NCBI GenBank assembly: GCA_951406725.2
Contig: OX597816.1
Location: forward strand, 133,672,001-133,736,000
Reading direction: 5' to 3'
DNA length: 64,000 nt
Source of the DNA: Octopus vulgaris
Taxonomy: Eukaryota
This document shows positions 1 through 12,736 of the stretch, piece after piece (positions within the stretch are counted from its first letter, which is position 1; every line of letters starts with the position of its first letter). The translations under genes and the position numbers were made by a program. The notes under the pieces are model-generated. The model was not told the DNA's origin, ran no database searches, and was given only the letters and a program-made list of their open reading frames with translations.

Positions 1-72
1 TCCTATGTCTTCCTGTGTCTCCCTCTACCACAGGTTCCTTCCACTGTTTGGGAATGGCACTTCTTCACACAG
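1..72 (-). mobile_element. Fragment of RTE-type LINE ORF2 C-terminus
   Basis: Minus strand reads CVKKCHSQTVEGTCGRGRHRKT, matching CVRKCQSLAVEGTRGRGRPRKTW of the LINE at 42107-43751. Confidence 0.7.
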
Positions 73-2257
73 ATTGAGTAGCAAATATCCATTAGATGTA
101 CTGTAATTGCACCACCTGGAAGTTACTTGACACAGGCAAAGATGGAGTATTTACATATTAAACATCATAGCTCTTTAGGAAACTCCATCAACAAAGCAGT
201 TTGGGAATTGGTGTCAGAGCTGAGAAGCTTGTGATAGTAATCAAGGTTATAATCTTTTTTTCTTTCATACAATATTGTTATGTTACATAAAATGGTGCAC
301 ACAATACTAAATAATATCCAAGTGATTACTTATTTAGGATAAGTCACTCTCACAGACATATTGCATCATCTGGTAGGTCATCAAATTCATCCTAATGTCT
401 ATTTAAACAATATTTGTCATGTCAATCAAAATTGCAGTTCTTTATAATATCACATTAAAAATAAAGTGCAATATCTGTATAATTTCATAAGTAGACATAA
501 GGCCATTATATACCTGTATTTCTCTGGTAGATACATATAAACATCAACTACTATCAATAATCTGATAGTAGATGACAAGAAATCTGCATCATACTATGTT
601 TATTGTACTAACGGTTGAGATTTCTATGCCATATCTATAGAAATCAATCTTTTCTTGCTTGGTTTAGATTAGGAAACAATCACATTCTAATACATAAAAA
701 TGGATTAATAGACTATATCCTTAAAAAGCTGGTATTAGAGAGAGCAGCAGCAAAAAGTTTCATATAAGTTTCAGTGTTTCCTCAGATGCAGCAGTTTATT
801 TTTTGTCAACAGCTTTTTATCCCCTTTTACTGTCTGTCTAATGCTATAGTCACCCCGATTGTCTGTGAGCTTGTCATATCATTGTATTAGTTCTTCACTT
901 AGTTCTTGAGTTACTGCTTCAGCTTAGGATTCATCTTCTGCTCCCACATAATGGTTACTTTGAAATGTTACTGTTGTCTATCCTAATTACTTGTCTATTC
1001 TACTTCAGTTGAACCCTCAACATAGCTCAGAAAGGTTAGTACTGCTATCAGGTTCCTATTTGATAGTAACTCTCCAACAAATAGCACACACATACTGAGA
1101 GTTTCTAGTGTAGCTCCACCACTGACAGTACGCTTGACCCCAAATCAAAGAAGGCAGTTGTTTTGCTGTTGTATCATATTTCATTATTAAATAAACACAA
1201 CTCATGTGATATGGTGTCAAGATATGCAAACACTGTCAATAGCCTGAAGAATGTTGGGGTTACATATGTGCTTTATTTGGAATATATTGTTAAAGAAACT
1301 TTTTATAACAGGCTAACTGTAAAATACAGCATTGAGTAAAAGATAAAAAAATATTTTGCATGTCAACCTTATTGTAGTTGACATAAATACATAAATATAC
1401 ATGTTGTAGCTGACATAAATACATACATAACACAACCAAATAATTTAGACTAAATATTGATTGATACATAAACAATCTGACTGATAGAGTGTATGTTCTA
1501 TGACTGCACTAAAGCTTAATGAGACCCAATAAATTCAAAATATAGATTATCTGGTAGCTGGAACTGCTCTTTATGGACGTTGTAACACCACACTTATTTT
1601 AGAGCAAGGCTAGAAATAATTTCTTACATAGTGTACATGTAAAAATGAGTGTGTGATGTATGTGTATATAGATATAGAGGTGTAGAAGTATATATGCATG
1701 CATATACACAGAGGAAGAAATAAACAAAGAATTAGAGAAATTGTTTAACATGAACTTATGGAGATATTTTTAATGTCAGTAAAACTAGACATGGCAAAAG
1801 AAGTACTTATCAAGCTGAAGGAAAGATTACTTCCCCTGAGCTGAGCTAGTCAAATAACTATCAATTTATAGTGCAGTTACTGTCATTACTGGTACAGCCT
1901 CAGCGTTATCATTTGAACTTCAGTTGATCATTAAGCCTTTCCTTCAGTATCATGATAACAGACAAGGAATAAAACAACAAAATAAACAACTATCATCAAA
2001 AGACAGTACAGTGTGATTTCAAGAATATTTGGCTACTATTTCTAGCAGATCAAGTAACCATACTACAGCTCCTACTTGGGTGGTTAGGATCTCTTGGATG
2101 CCTTTTGATTAATAGGTCTGCTTGATCAGAGATAACTTCAGGCTTAACAACAACAATCATCAAACACACCAATAATAACATACTTTTAATTTACAACTGA
2201 AGATTATTAGCCATTATCTGTAATGGCTGATGTAGAATAAATCTCAGTGTAAATGGG

Positions 2258-2468
2258 TTTCAAATTTTGGCACAAGGCCAGCAATTTTGAGGGAGTTGGT
2301 AAGTCGATTACATCGACCCCAGTGTTCAATTAGTACTAATTTTATCAACGCCAAAAGGATGAAAGGTAAAGTCAACCTTGGTGGAATCTGAACTCAGAAC
2401 GTAAAGATGGATGAAATGCTGCTAAGCATTTTGCCCAGTGTGCTAATGATTCTACCAGCTCACCGCCT
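2258..2468 (-). mobile_element. tRNA-derived SINE (octopus OR-like family)
   Basis: Minus head GGCGGTGAGCTGGTAGAATC with a B-box-like GAGTTCAGATTCC. Near-identical copy at 4008-4211 and a partial copy near 31465-31565. Confidence 0.8.
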
Positions 2469-3179
2469 TAAACCTCGATGTAAATGAATACATCATTACA
2501 AGAGGAGCAGCTCAAAAAGTACCACAGAAAACTTGATTGAAATGTATTTAGATTAGATTAGTTAAACTGTGACTTCAAGCAATCACAGTGTGCTTTCACA
2601 AAGTATAAGTAGCAAAATAAAATTCCTTATGATTTTGAGTAAATCTTGCAAAGCACTTAGGAGACAGAATTCATTTCAATCTCAAAATAAAACTAAATTT
2701 AACATTACTTTAATATGAAAGTGAAAGAAAATATTTTAAAATATAAAAAGTTCACAGCAAAAATCAATGAAAACTTAAGTTGTTTGAAGACTGCTTTGTT
2801 CAGCACAAAGAATGAAATTTGTCTCAGTGTTTATACTTTATCACTGTAAGCTACATCATGTTTGCACAGTTTAATACTAACACAAGTGAAGTATTTTGTA
2901 CATAGACACAACATATTAATGATAACTTGCAAACTACCATGATATTAATCCATACATATTTTATATTGTATTATCAGTTTATGGAGAGGGAGAAAATTCT
3001 ATGTACAGAAATGTTATTAATTTCTGATATTAGGTTCAAGGCCACAAATTCACAGAGCTTGCCTTGCATAGAGTGGATGAATAACTGCATATGAGGGGTG
3101 GGATTTAGGCTCAGAATGTATAGGGATATCTATGGATATAAAAAAAAATAAAAGGAAAAACACAAATAAACAGAATTAC

Positions 3180-3312
3180 CTTTTCAAAAATCCCTCCTTT
3201 TTTCCTGAGAGTACGTTTCCTTTTAACAGCATCAAGCAAACGTCGAATAGCAGGTTTTCCCATGCCAATCTTCTCCAAATCCTCACTTTTGACATATTCA
3301 AAATGAGCCAAT
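3180..3312 (-). CDS. Ack: Ack/TNK2-like tyrosine kinase, coding exon with C-terminal half of SAM domain
   Basis: Acceptor ...TCTTTACTTTCTAG|A, donor AAG|GTAATT, 133 nt. Encodes (R)LAHFEYVKSEDLEKIGMGKPAIRRLLDAVKRKRTLRKKGGIFEK, matching the ACK1 N-terminal SAM motif as recalled (LSHFEYVKxEDLEKIGMGRPGQRRL). In phase with exon 21880-22008. The gene continues beyond position 1. Confidence 0.9.
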
Positions 3313-4007
3313 CTAGAAAGTAAAGACAAGAATAGAAAAGTATAAATATATATACATGTGTGTCTATATATATGTAGTGTGTGTGTATGTGCGTGAATGA
3401 GTAAGAGACACAGAAAGTGTATGTATACTTTTGAAAGGCAAACAATATTTACAGATATTAGAAGTCAACTTGTCTCACAAAGCTCATACCTGACCTCTTA
3501 TTCACACACACAAGTATGAACTAGTAAGCAGTTTTAAAAGTGAAATCATTCACTACTTTAGATAACTACGGAAATTTTAGAATTACATAGAAGTATTGTA
3601 CAACTTTAACATTTTCAAATTATATCAAAATAGAAATCTTTCAATAACCTGTGCATACACCCGGATTAATCAGCACCTCTGACCTTTGCAAGTAAGCCCT
3701 TCCTGACTGGTGATAATAATATGACTGATGCCCAATCCAAACACCTACAACTGAAAAACCTGGATAGTTGCAATAGTATCAGTACACAACTAGTTCAGAG
3801 TAGCAGGAAGCATTGTGATAGCCAATATGTAATCTAAAGTCTTGTCTTTAAAACTGAAAGCAAACATTAAAATTTTTACACTTAGAACAATAAACAAAAT
3901 ATTCCTTAATGCAAATGTTGCATGAAGAGGGCATATATTTCAACAATTATTAAATGACATCTCCTCATTGATGGCAAGAGAACCTTACATTCATAGTTGT
4001 AAATATT

Positions 4008-4211
4008 GATTTCAAATTTTGGCACAAGGCCAGCAATTTTGGAGGAGGTGGCAAGTCGATTACATCAACCCCAGTGCTCAACTGGTACTTGTTTTATTGA
4101 CCCTGAAAGGCAAAGTCGACCTGGGTGGAATTTGAACTAAGAATGTAAAGATGGATGAAATGCTGCTAAACATTTTGCCTGGTGTGCAAACAATTCTGCC
4201 AGCTCACAACC
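4008..4211 (-). mobile_element. tRNA-derived SINE (OR-like) with target-site duplication
   Basis: Same family as 2258-2468. Flanked by TTCATAGTTGTAAATATT (3990-4007) and TTCATAGTTGTAGATATT (4212-4229), an 18-bp TSD with 1 mismatch. Confidence 0.85.
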
Positions 4212-5422
4212 TTCATAGTTGTAGATATTAATAAAAGCTGAAAGGGGGAGTTGTTAAGGCAAATAATGAAACACTCAAATGCATTATATTGTACTTCTGT
4301 TGAAATAGAGGCATCAACATTCTTTATACTGAATTCCATTTTTTATCTGATTTAGTCGTTTTCCTCTCCTCCATTGTATCATTGCAACTTTTAACCCATT
4401 TTTTTTACTCCAGCTTTGGTTGAATAAAAGTGCTTAGATGCAATTTTAGGCATTCAATTCTTTATAGGTTGTGCACTAAAACAAGACACATTCAGTTTTC
4501 TTTGATCTGGCAAACTAAAATCGATGTTGGTTCATAGTTCAGAAATTAGCATTACAAAGTATCCCAAACTGCAAAAACATACACAATGGAATAATGGATC
4601 ATTATCATAAACAAAAAAGGAAAAAATTCAGTAAAAATGTATAGATTTTTATGATGTCTAAACTTGTTAAGAATCTCCTTATCTTCATACACATGCCACT
4701 CATTTAATAGAATGATTGAGCATTGTAACCCAATTTCTTAATGGACTTAGCAGCAAAGTGAGACAAGAAACAAGTTCTTTAGAAAAATTATCTTGGAACT
4801 GGAGAACATGAATATATAGCAATTGATCTATGCTTTGTATTTACTTGATAGAAAGAACCAAATGTTTAAGTGTGTACATAGACAGATACACATGCAGACA
4901 CATATATACACAAACATGCATGCACACACATACAATTTTATATATATATATATATAAATGGATGCTTAGACAATATATACAGCAATAGCAGAATGTTTTA
5001 AAATAGTGACTTCTTGATTCTTTTGGACGTTTAACCTAGCACAGTACTCTACCATAAAAGCTCAGCACGTTTTTCAATGCAGGAGCATTGTGACAAATAT
5101 TTTGTTAGCTTCCCATGGACCTGTGGAAGGCAATGAGAAGCTGCCCCTAATGTCATATCCAGTTGAGAATTCTTACATACCTTAGCCATACCATTTGATC
5201 TTGGTCTTGATTATGATTACTGATAAAATGTGACAGTTGATGGACAATAGCCCATCTCATTATGCTCCCCATGTACAAGCACCCAGTATCAGGGCCATAT
5301 TTGTTGACAACTAGGTAGATTCTGTAATTGATTTCTTACACATACACATCTCAAAGTTATTTGTTGCCACTTGTGTCTCTTCTTCTCTAATACATACATG
5401 CACCCACCCACCCACCCACCCA

Positions 5423-5475
<53 letters not shown>

Positions 5476-5476
5476 T

Positions 5477-5826
5477 TCATTTTGGGATTTGATTTGCAAG
5501 AGTCTTTATGTGAGTTCGTGTGATGAAGCATATTCTGTTGTGTCTGGGGAGAGTCATTCTTTTCTGGTGCCTTATAATTTAACACACTCACCGGTAAAAT
5601 TTCCACTCATTTACTTATTTATTTTTCTAAAATCTTCGTTGCATCTTGCAACCTTCTCAATAGTTGTTGACTGCTTGAATAACAGACAGAGTCAACAACT
5701 ATTGAAAAGATTGCAAGATGCAACGAAAATTTTAGAAAAATAAATAAGTAAATGAGTGGAAATTTTACCAGTGAGTGTGTTAAATTATAAGGCACTAAAA
5801 AAGAATGACACTCCCCAGACACAACA

Positions 5827-5827
<1 letters not shown>
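5477..5827. mobile_element. Fold-back/MITE-like element between (TA)n tracts
   Basis: 138-bp inverted arms 5535-5672 and 5690-5827, 7 mismatches by eye, 17-nt loop. A related copy lacking the left arm lies at 58110-58280. Confidence 0.8.
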
Positions 5828-5868
<41 letters not shown>

Positions 5869-6121
5869 ATACCAAAAGACTGACTGGACTAAACAGAACA
5901 GGAGGAGACATGGGATGGAGAGTTGCTGAAGAGCTCACAGGATATGTGGCAAAAATTTAGATTTAGACAAAGGACACTAAATAATAATAATGATAAAGCT
6001 GAAGTGAAGAATGAGTATATAGTGCATGTGTTTATTGGGGGTGGGTGGGGGAGACCATCCACAAATATAACAATATATGTTTCAACACACGATTTCACAT
6101 TAGGAAATCTTGCAAAACAAA

Positions 6122-6228
<107 letters not shown>

Positions 6229-7193
6229 GTGTGTGTGTGTTCACATGCGCCAATTTATTTATAAACAGCCAATAAACCATTCAAGTGTATTCTTACTTGT
6301 ATTGTCGAAAATATTTCATATTGAATCTATCCAAATCATAAATTGCTGTAGCATCTTAAAAGAGTCCCAGAAAAAAAGTTGTGCATAGCAGAGGAGGAAA
6401 ACATTAATTAAGACACTTATTGATATAGTCTGCAACAGTCAGCTTACATATAATCTAGGCCTAAAGTAGACATAGATGGAGTGATGTTTAAAAGGTGGGT
6501 TTAACTCCTCTTTGTTTCTAGCTTTAAAAGGTAGGCTCAGATAAAACATCCGATGTCTGCACTGGTATGTTTGACAAGTAAAAAGTTTCCAGTAACAGAA
6601 TGCTCTGTTGTAGTTTCACCACTGGCTGAAGATGAAATGAACAGAAAAAAAAAGTAACCAACAAAAGGGAATAGGGACAAAAAGAACTCTGTAAATATAT
6701 GAAGTCAAGGAAGAAGTTAATTGCCTCTGGACAAATAGCTTAAGAAAGAAGATGTAATCTTGACTGAATCACATGCAGGTGTTTTCAGGGTTTAAAAAAA
6801 AAAATCTCACCTGCATGCAATATACTGACAATACTGTATGTCTTTGTAGTGAGGGTGGATGTGATGGAGGGAGTTTGTGGAGTGGTGGAGGTAATAATAG
6901 TAGTAGTGTCAGAACCAGTCACTTGTACAAGGCAATAAATAAATAAACTGAAAGGAATAACTATATAAAAAACAATATAATCTTATCAAATGATATTAGG
7001 ACTGCTGCCTAAGTTAAGAAATATCCTTGAATTGAAAAAAAAAATAACATATACACCTTCATTTCTGAAGTTGTTAACAGAAAGGTAGTGAATATACAGT
7101 ATATAAATATAGCATCTATAATAAAGCACAAGTTCATTCTGTTTTCTTGAAAACTTAACAAGGCATCAACTTTTGTATTATCTGCACCCTAGT

Positions 7194-7516
7194 GAAGGTG
7201 TGTGGCATAGTAGTTAGGGTATTTGGCTTATGATCATAAGGTTTATGATTCAATTCCTGGTAGCAGGTGTCCTTGAGCAAGAAACTTTATTTCATGTTGC
7301 TCCAATTCACTCAGTTGGCAAAAATGAGCAGTACCTGTATTTCAAAGGGCCAGCCGGGTTACATTCTGAGTCACGGTGAATCTCCCTGAGAACTATGTTA
7401 AGAGTATGCATATCTGTGGAGTACTCAGCCACCTGTATGTTAATTTGATAAGCAGGATGTTCCATTGATCAGATCAGCTGGAACCCTTGTCATCATAACT
7501 GAAGGCGCGTCAGTTA
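7194..7516 (+). mobile_element. tRNA-derived SINE (second family)
   Basis: A-box TGGCATAGTAG, B-box-like GATTCAATTCC, core GTGTCCTTGAGCAAG. Inverted homolog at 41555-41878. Confidence 0.75.
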
Positions 7517-7729
7517 TTTGAACCAAAATGTTAAAGTATATACAAGATGGAGGAAGAAGTGGTCGAACTTAGGAAATTTGTAAACAAATTTATTTATTAA
7601 TAAATAGTGAAACCTTCTCAGTTAACAAATACAAAGCTGTATTAGCATTTCAGTCTTTTCCACAAGTAATTTAGGAAAACAACACCAATATATATGCTGG
7701 CACGTGCACATATGAAATTTAAACTGAAA

Positions 7730-8085
7730 TTTTTACATGGCACTAGTACTGGTGAGGTCACCAAGTTACTTGCAAGACAAAGATCCATTGAGAGAAGATT
7801 GGTATTGGAGTAGGTGTCTTTTGTGCCAGGTGATGATGAGAAGAGTATGACGGAGAGACAGAAACAGGTATGTGTGTGTGTGAGCGCATGCACACGTGTG
7901 CACCTAGTGTGTGTTACTGTCTCCTTGCCTTGACATCACATGATAGCTGTAAACGGGTGTCACAGTCATGCAAGCAGTGTCCTTTGTTACCAAACTATGC
8001 ATGTGTGTGTGTGTGCATATGTGCATACATAAATAAGTACGATAATGACCTTACCATATGGTTAAAAAGTTGATTTTGGGCAAGT
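7730..8085 (+). repeat. Local direct duplication of 10364-10701
   Basis: Near-identical ~340-355 bp spanning junctions of several different repeat fragments. Confidence 0.9.
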
Positions 8086-9919
8086 AACATCTTTTGTTAA
8101 AGAAAATTTGATATTTTTTTGGTTCCTTTAAGCTTTCTTTCAATATTTTTCACAAACATGGGTTAAACAATGACATTTTAAAATTAACATTTCCCCTTAA
8201 ATTTTAAATAAGAATAATTTATTGAAGGACACATAGATAAGATTTATAAAAATGTTAAAAGATGAACAACAGGATCATATATTCAACTTCCTAACTTCTT
8301 TACCCCTTTCTAGTTTCTGAAGAAAATCATATTTACAACATACCCTTCTTCAACTATACTTTCAACTTGTTATATTTATTCCATATCTAATTCATAAATG
8401 TTCTCAGCTGATAATAAGAGAGAACTACTACTACATAAGGACTGAGTATATTCAATGCAGCAGTAACTCAGCTTAAAAGTGCTCCCCTAAGATAGTTTCC
8501 CCTCAGCAATATTGTGGCCTAGTGGTTAAGATGTTGCTCTAGAGCGGGGGGGGCAGCATGTCAAAGAACAGACCCAGCATTTCCTCTGTGTATTGTAAAA
8601 GGTAACTAAAAAAGGTTGAGGTAGGATTTGCACTCTGGCCTTATAAAAACCTCAGCAGCAGCAACTACCCAGACAGACCCATGTTTGGAGGGTGGTAAAC
8701 TGAGTGGTGCAAATGTGTCATCCATCAGAAGTAGGTAATCCCCAACAAATACTAGATACAGTGTCACACTGTTACAGTGCATGCCCCCATACTACTAATA
8801 TTGTCGAGATTCATAATTGGCATTGCTACATGTATGTATATATATGTGTGTGTGAGTGTGTGTGTATTGATCAGTCTTAGTCTTGCTAACTGAGTAGATT
8901 TATACAACTGAAACAGGTCAGTTGCTTTAAAAACTAGATACACTCCAATGATTACTTATATTGCCAAAAAGTTTAAGTCAACTGATTTTAATGTAGTTAT
9001 CCGTCATGTTTACTATTTAAATTTGAGGCAGGGAATATTTGTCAGGCTAATTGCCTAACTTATTTCAGGTGACTAAAGTTATTCAACACACTAGGTTACA
9101 TATATGAAACCCTACCATTCATGAATAAAGGTTTATTGGTCACATTTTCCTCTTGACTGTAGTCATGAATATTTATGTATGTGCATCAGCTGCTTCATTC
9201 CAGATATACAAGCAGTGGTAGTCCTTGCTTGACTTCTTGGTCAGCCCTGGTCAAGTAGACATATCATCAAAAGATATTCCAGCTTTAACCCTCCTGTTTG
9301 TATACTAGGAGCTACATTAAACTGATGAAACTTGCATTTATTTTCATAACAACAACATGAGATTTGAACAAGATTGGGCTGCTATTTTTAGCCTTATAAT
9401 GCATGGTCAGTAGTCATTCACAGCTGAAATAGGTTCTGTCTCAGGACACAAGGTTTAGCCTGTAAAATGTAGATGGCAACTACAAGAGATCTTAAGTGGC
9501 TGCAAGGCCTAGTGTTTGTAAAGCTTAATGATGGTTTACTCATGAGTAAAGAGGCTGCAAAGTTATATGTTTCTCTGTTATGTGTACCAACCATGCAAAT
9601 AAGGTTACCCAATGACAAAAACAAGTAAAGAATTCTACCAATTTTATGCTATTTACGCAAGGAGTTCCTATATTGCAATTTGTAAACAATAGTGTTATTG
9701 GTTGAAGGTTTCTAGCAAGCTAATCATTGGTTCGTTGAAGTTCTAATGGTGAGAGTGAAGAGACAGTGTTTGTAATCTAGTAACCTGGAAGAATTTTGAG
9801 GAAGAGCACTGGCTTTTTGCCAATGTTTACATCCTTTGGCAATATAGAGTAAAAGGCAGAAATACACAAACACTTGCACACACAGACGTACACACACGTG
9901 TGTGTGTGTGTGTACAAAC

Positions 9920-9958
<39 letters not shown>

Positions 9959-11904
9959 TAAATAAATACATGCATATACACACATGTGTGTGTGTGTGAT
10001 TGTACAGTAAGGAGTTTGCTTCCCAACCAATGCTTCAGAGTTCATTCCCACAGTGTGGTACCTTTGCAAGTGTCTTCTACTTTTGCCCCAGGCCAATCAA
10101 AGCCTTGTGAGTAGATTTAGTAGATGGAAGCTAAAAGAAGCCCATCATGTATACATATGTGTGTGTGTGTGTGTTTATATGTGTATGTATATATAATCAT
10201 CATAAACGTCACCATCATTTAATGTCTGTTTTCTATACTGGCATGGATTGGACTGTTTGACAGGAGCTGGCAACCCAGAAGGCTCTACTGTCAGTTTTGG
10301 CATGTTTTCTACAGCTGGATGCTCCTCCTAATGCCAATCACTTTATAGTGTGGATTGGATGCTTTTTTACATGGCACCAGCACTGGTGAGGTCACCAAGT
10401 TACTTGCAAGACAAAGATCCTTTGAGAGAAGATTGGTATTGGAGTAGGTGTCTTTGTGCCAGGTGCTGAGAGGAGTATGACAGAGAGACAGAAACAGGTA
10501 TGCGTGTGTGTGCACACATGTGTGCACCTAGTGTGTGTTACTGTCTCCTTGCCTTGACATCACATGATAGCTGTAAACGGGTGTCACAGTCATGCAAGCA
10601 GTGTCCTTTGTTACCAAACTATGCATGTGTGTGTGTATGCATACATAAATAAGTATGATAATGACCTTACCATGTGGTTAAAAAGTTGATTTTGGGCAAG
10701 TGTCCTCTACTGTAAACTCAAGTTGACTAATATCTTGTGAGTATAACTTGGTTGGTAGATATAGGGCAAAAGCCTGTTGTGTGTGTGCACACATATATGA
10801 ACAACAGGCTTCCACATAGTTTCTGCCAACTAAATTCTTCTCACAAGTTAAATCAAGCGGAGGTTATAGTAGAAGACACTTGTCCAAGGTGTCACTAAGA
10901 GGAACTGAACCAAGTGCTATGTAGTTGTAAAGCAAGCCTTTTAATAACAGAGCCATGCTGGCAGACCTTATCATTGCTTAATGTTGCAAAGGTCCTTATT
11001 TGAATTCAAAATGAAATCATTGGACACATGAACTCACAAAATTATATAATGATGAAGATCTTGTCCATAGTTGCTTTAATATTCAGTTTTAAGTTCACCT
11101 ATGATTTAAATCATTGTGTCCTTGCTTTACAAGAACAGCCTAAGGATCCTATCTGCTATCTTGGTTATCTGGATATTGTGTTTGTTTCCGTAGTTTCTTT
11201 CAGTCTTTCTTAGTATAACTCTTAAGTTGATCATCTTTAGATCCAGGATTATGATATAACTTTTGGCAAGAGCCACAACAGAAGTAAATCACCTGGCTGT
11301 AAGTTGGCAAATAACTGGAAAGTTGTAAGCTTATATATACTGAGAGAAAGAAAGACAGGCAGAAAAAGAACAAAAGAAAGAGATAAAAAAGACTGATATA
11401 TTAAGCACTTTAGAGATGCAATGGTAAATTTATAAAATACAACCCATCCAAAACCATTATCCTTTATCTTTAGGTAAGACTCTCAGTATAGGCAAGGGAA
11501 AAAACATGATACCACTCCTAATTAATATTTAAATCATTGGCTTTTATCTAGCAGCACAGTCATGCCCCAACAACTCAATGAAAATACATTTCCATATTCC
11601 TAAAATGTTTAATTTATAAAATTGCTTTTATCAAACATTTACATTTACAAATCAAAAATTAAAATGCAAAATTTTAAATGAAATGAAATAAATAAATTTT
11701 TAAAATGCGCATACCCACATTGAATGCAAAAATGAAACACTGATTAAAAAAGGCAGAGTGTACTTTCAATCTAATTTATAACAGAGAAATTATCTTCAAA
11801 CTAAAATTTACATGCAACAATAAGAGTTCTTTAAGCATTGAAATAGCAGTAATAATGATCAGAGTATGGATTGCTGCTGACATTAGAAAACCTGTCATTT
11901 ACCT

Positions 11905-12256
11905 TCTACTTAATTCAGTCATTGAACTGCAGTCATGCTGGGGCATCACCTTGAAAAGTTTAGTTGAACCAATTGATCCCAGTACTTAATCATTAAATCT
12001 GGGACTTATTCGATTAGTCTCTCTTTGCCAAACTGCTAAGTTACAGGGACATAAACCATCATCAGTTGTCAATGGTAGTTGGGGGACAAGCACAAACACA
12101 AAGAAACACACACAATTTCCATCTACTAAATTCATTCACAATGCATTAGTCAACCCAGAGCTATAGCAGAAGGACTTGCCCAAGGTGCCGTGCAATGGGA
12201 CCAAACCCAAAACAACATTGTTGCAAAACAAGATTCTTAACCACATGGCCATGTCT
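11905..12256 (-). mobile_element. OK-like tRNA-derived SINE (diverged)
   Basis: Reverse-complement similarity to the SINE at 50202-50637 along head, body and tail. Confidence 0.75.
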
Positions 12257-12499
12257 AAATTGAGAGAGAGGTAAAAGTAACTAAGAAAGAATCATTTGTA
12301 AATTAGTTGCAAATTAGCATATTTAGCTTGGGAAAAATTGGCCCAAAGGAAAGAGCAGAATTCACAAAAATAATCTTAAAGAAAAATTGAAAAAAGAAAA
12401 AAGAAAAACAAAGACCAGCTCGAGGTATCTACAATAAAATGCAGATAAGTTTAGAAACTAAAAATGTAAATTAATTCTTTTTCTTTAAAAGCTGTAGAG

Positions 12500-12736
12500 C
12501 AGCAGTCCCCAACCATTTTTGCACCACAAACCGGTTTCATGCAAGACAACTTTCTTCATGGACCAGAGGATCATACACATAACAAAACACAATGAAGTGC
12601 ATAATATATAATTTGATTATTACATATAAATATGTATATAAAGCAGTAATGCCCTGTAGACTGTGACAGTCTATAAAATAGAAATAAAATTTTAAAATTT
12701 ATTCTTTCTATGCCGTACTGTGTTTAGGGACCCTTG
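12500..12736. mobile_element. hAT (Charlie/MER1-like) MITE
   Basis: 8-bp TSD CTGTAGAG (12492-12499 and 12737-12744). Imperfect TIRs CAGCAGTCCCCAACC / GTTTAGGGACCCTTG. Confidence 0.85.

Noticed and set aside
3111-3329. Stand-alone 72-aa ORF with hydrophobic tail (and the 96-aa ORF at 21789-22079)
   Set aside because: Only the exon parts match Ack. The flanks are intron read-through past clear splice sites.
5489-5822. Similar ORFs on opposite strands (5489-5743 +, 5619-5822 -, 58069-58275 -) suggesting a small gene family
   Set aside because: They arise from the palindromic DNA element. No protein features.
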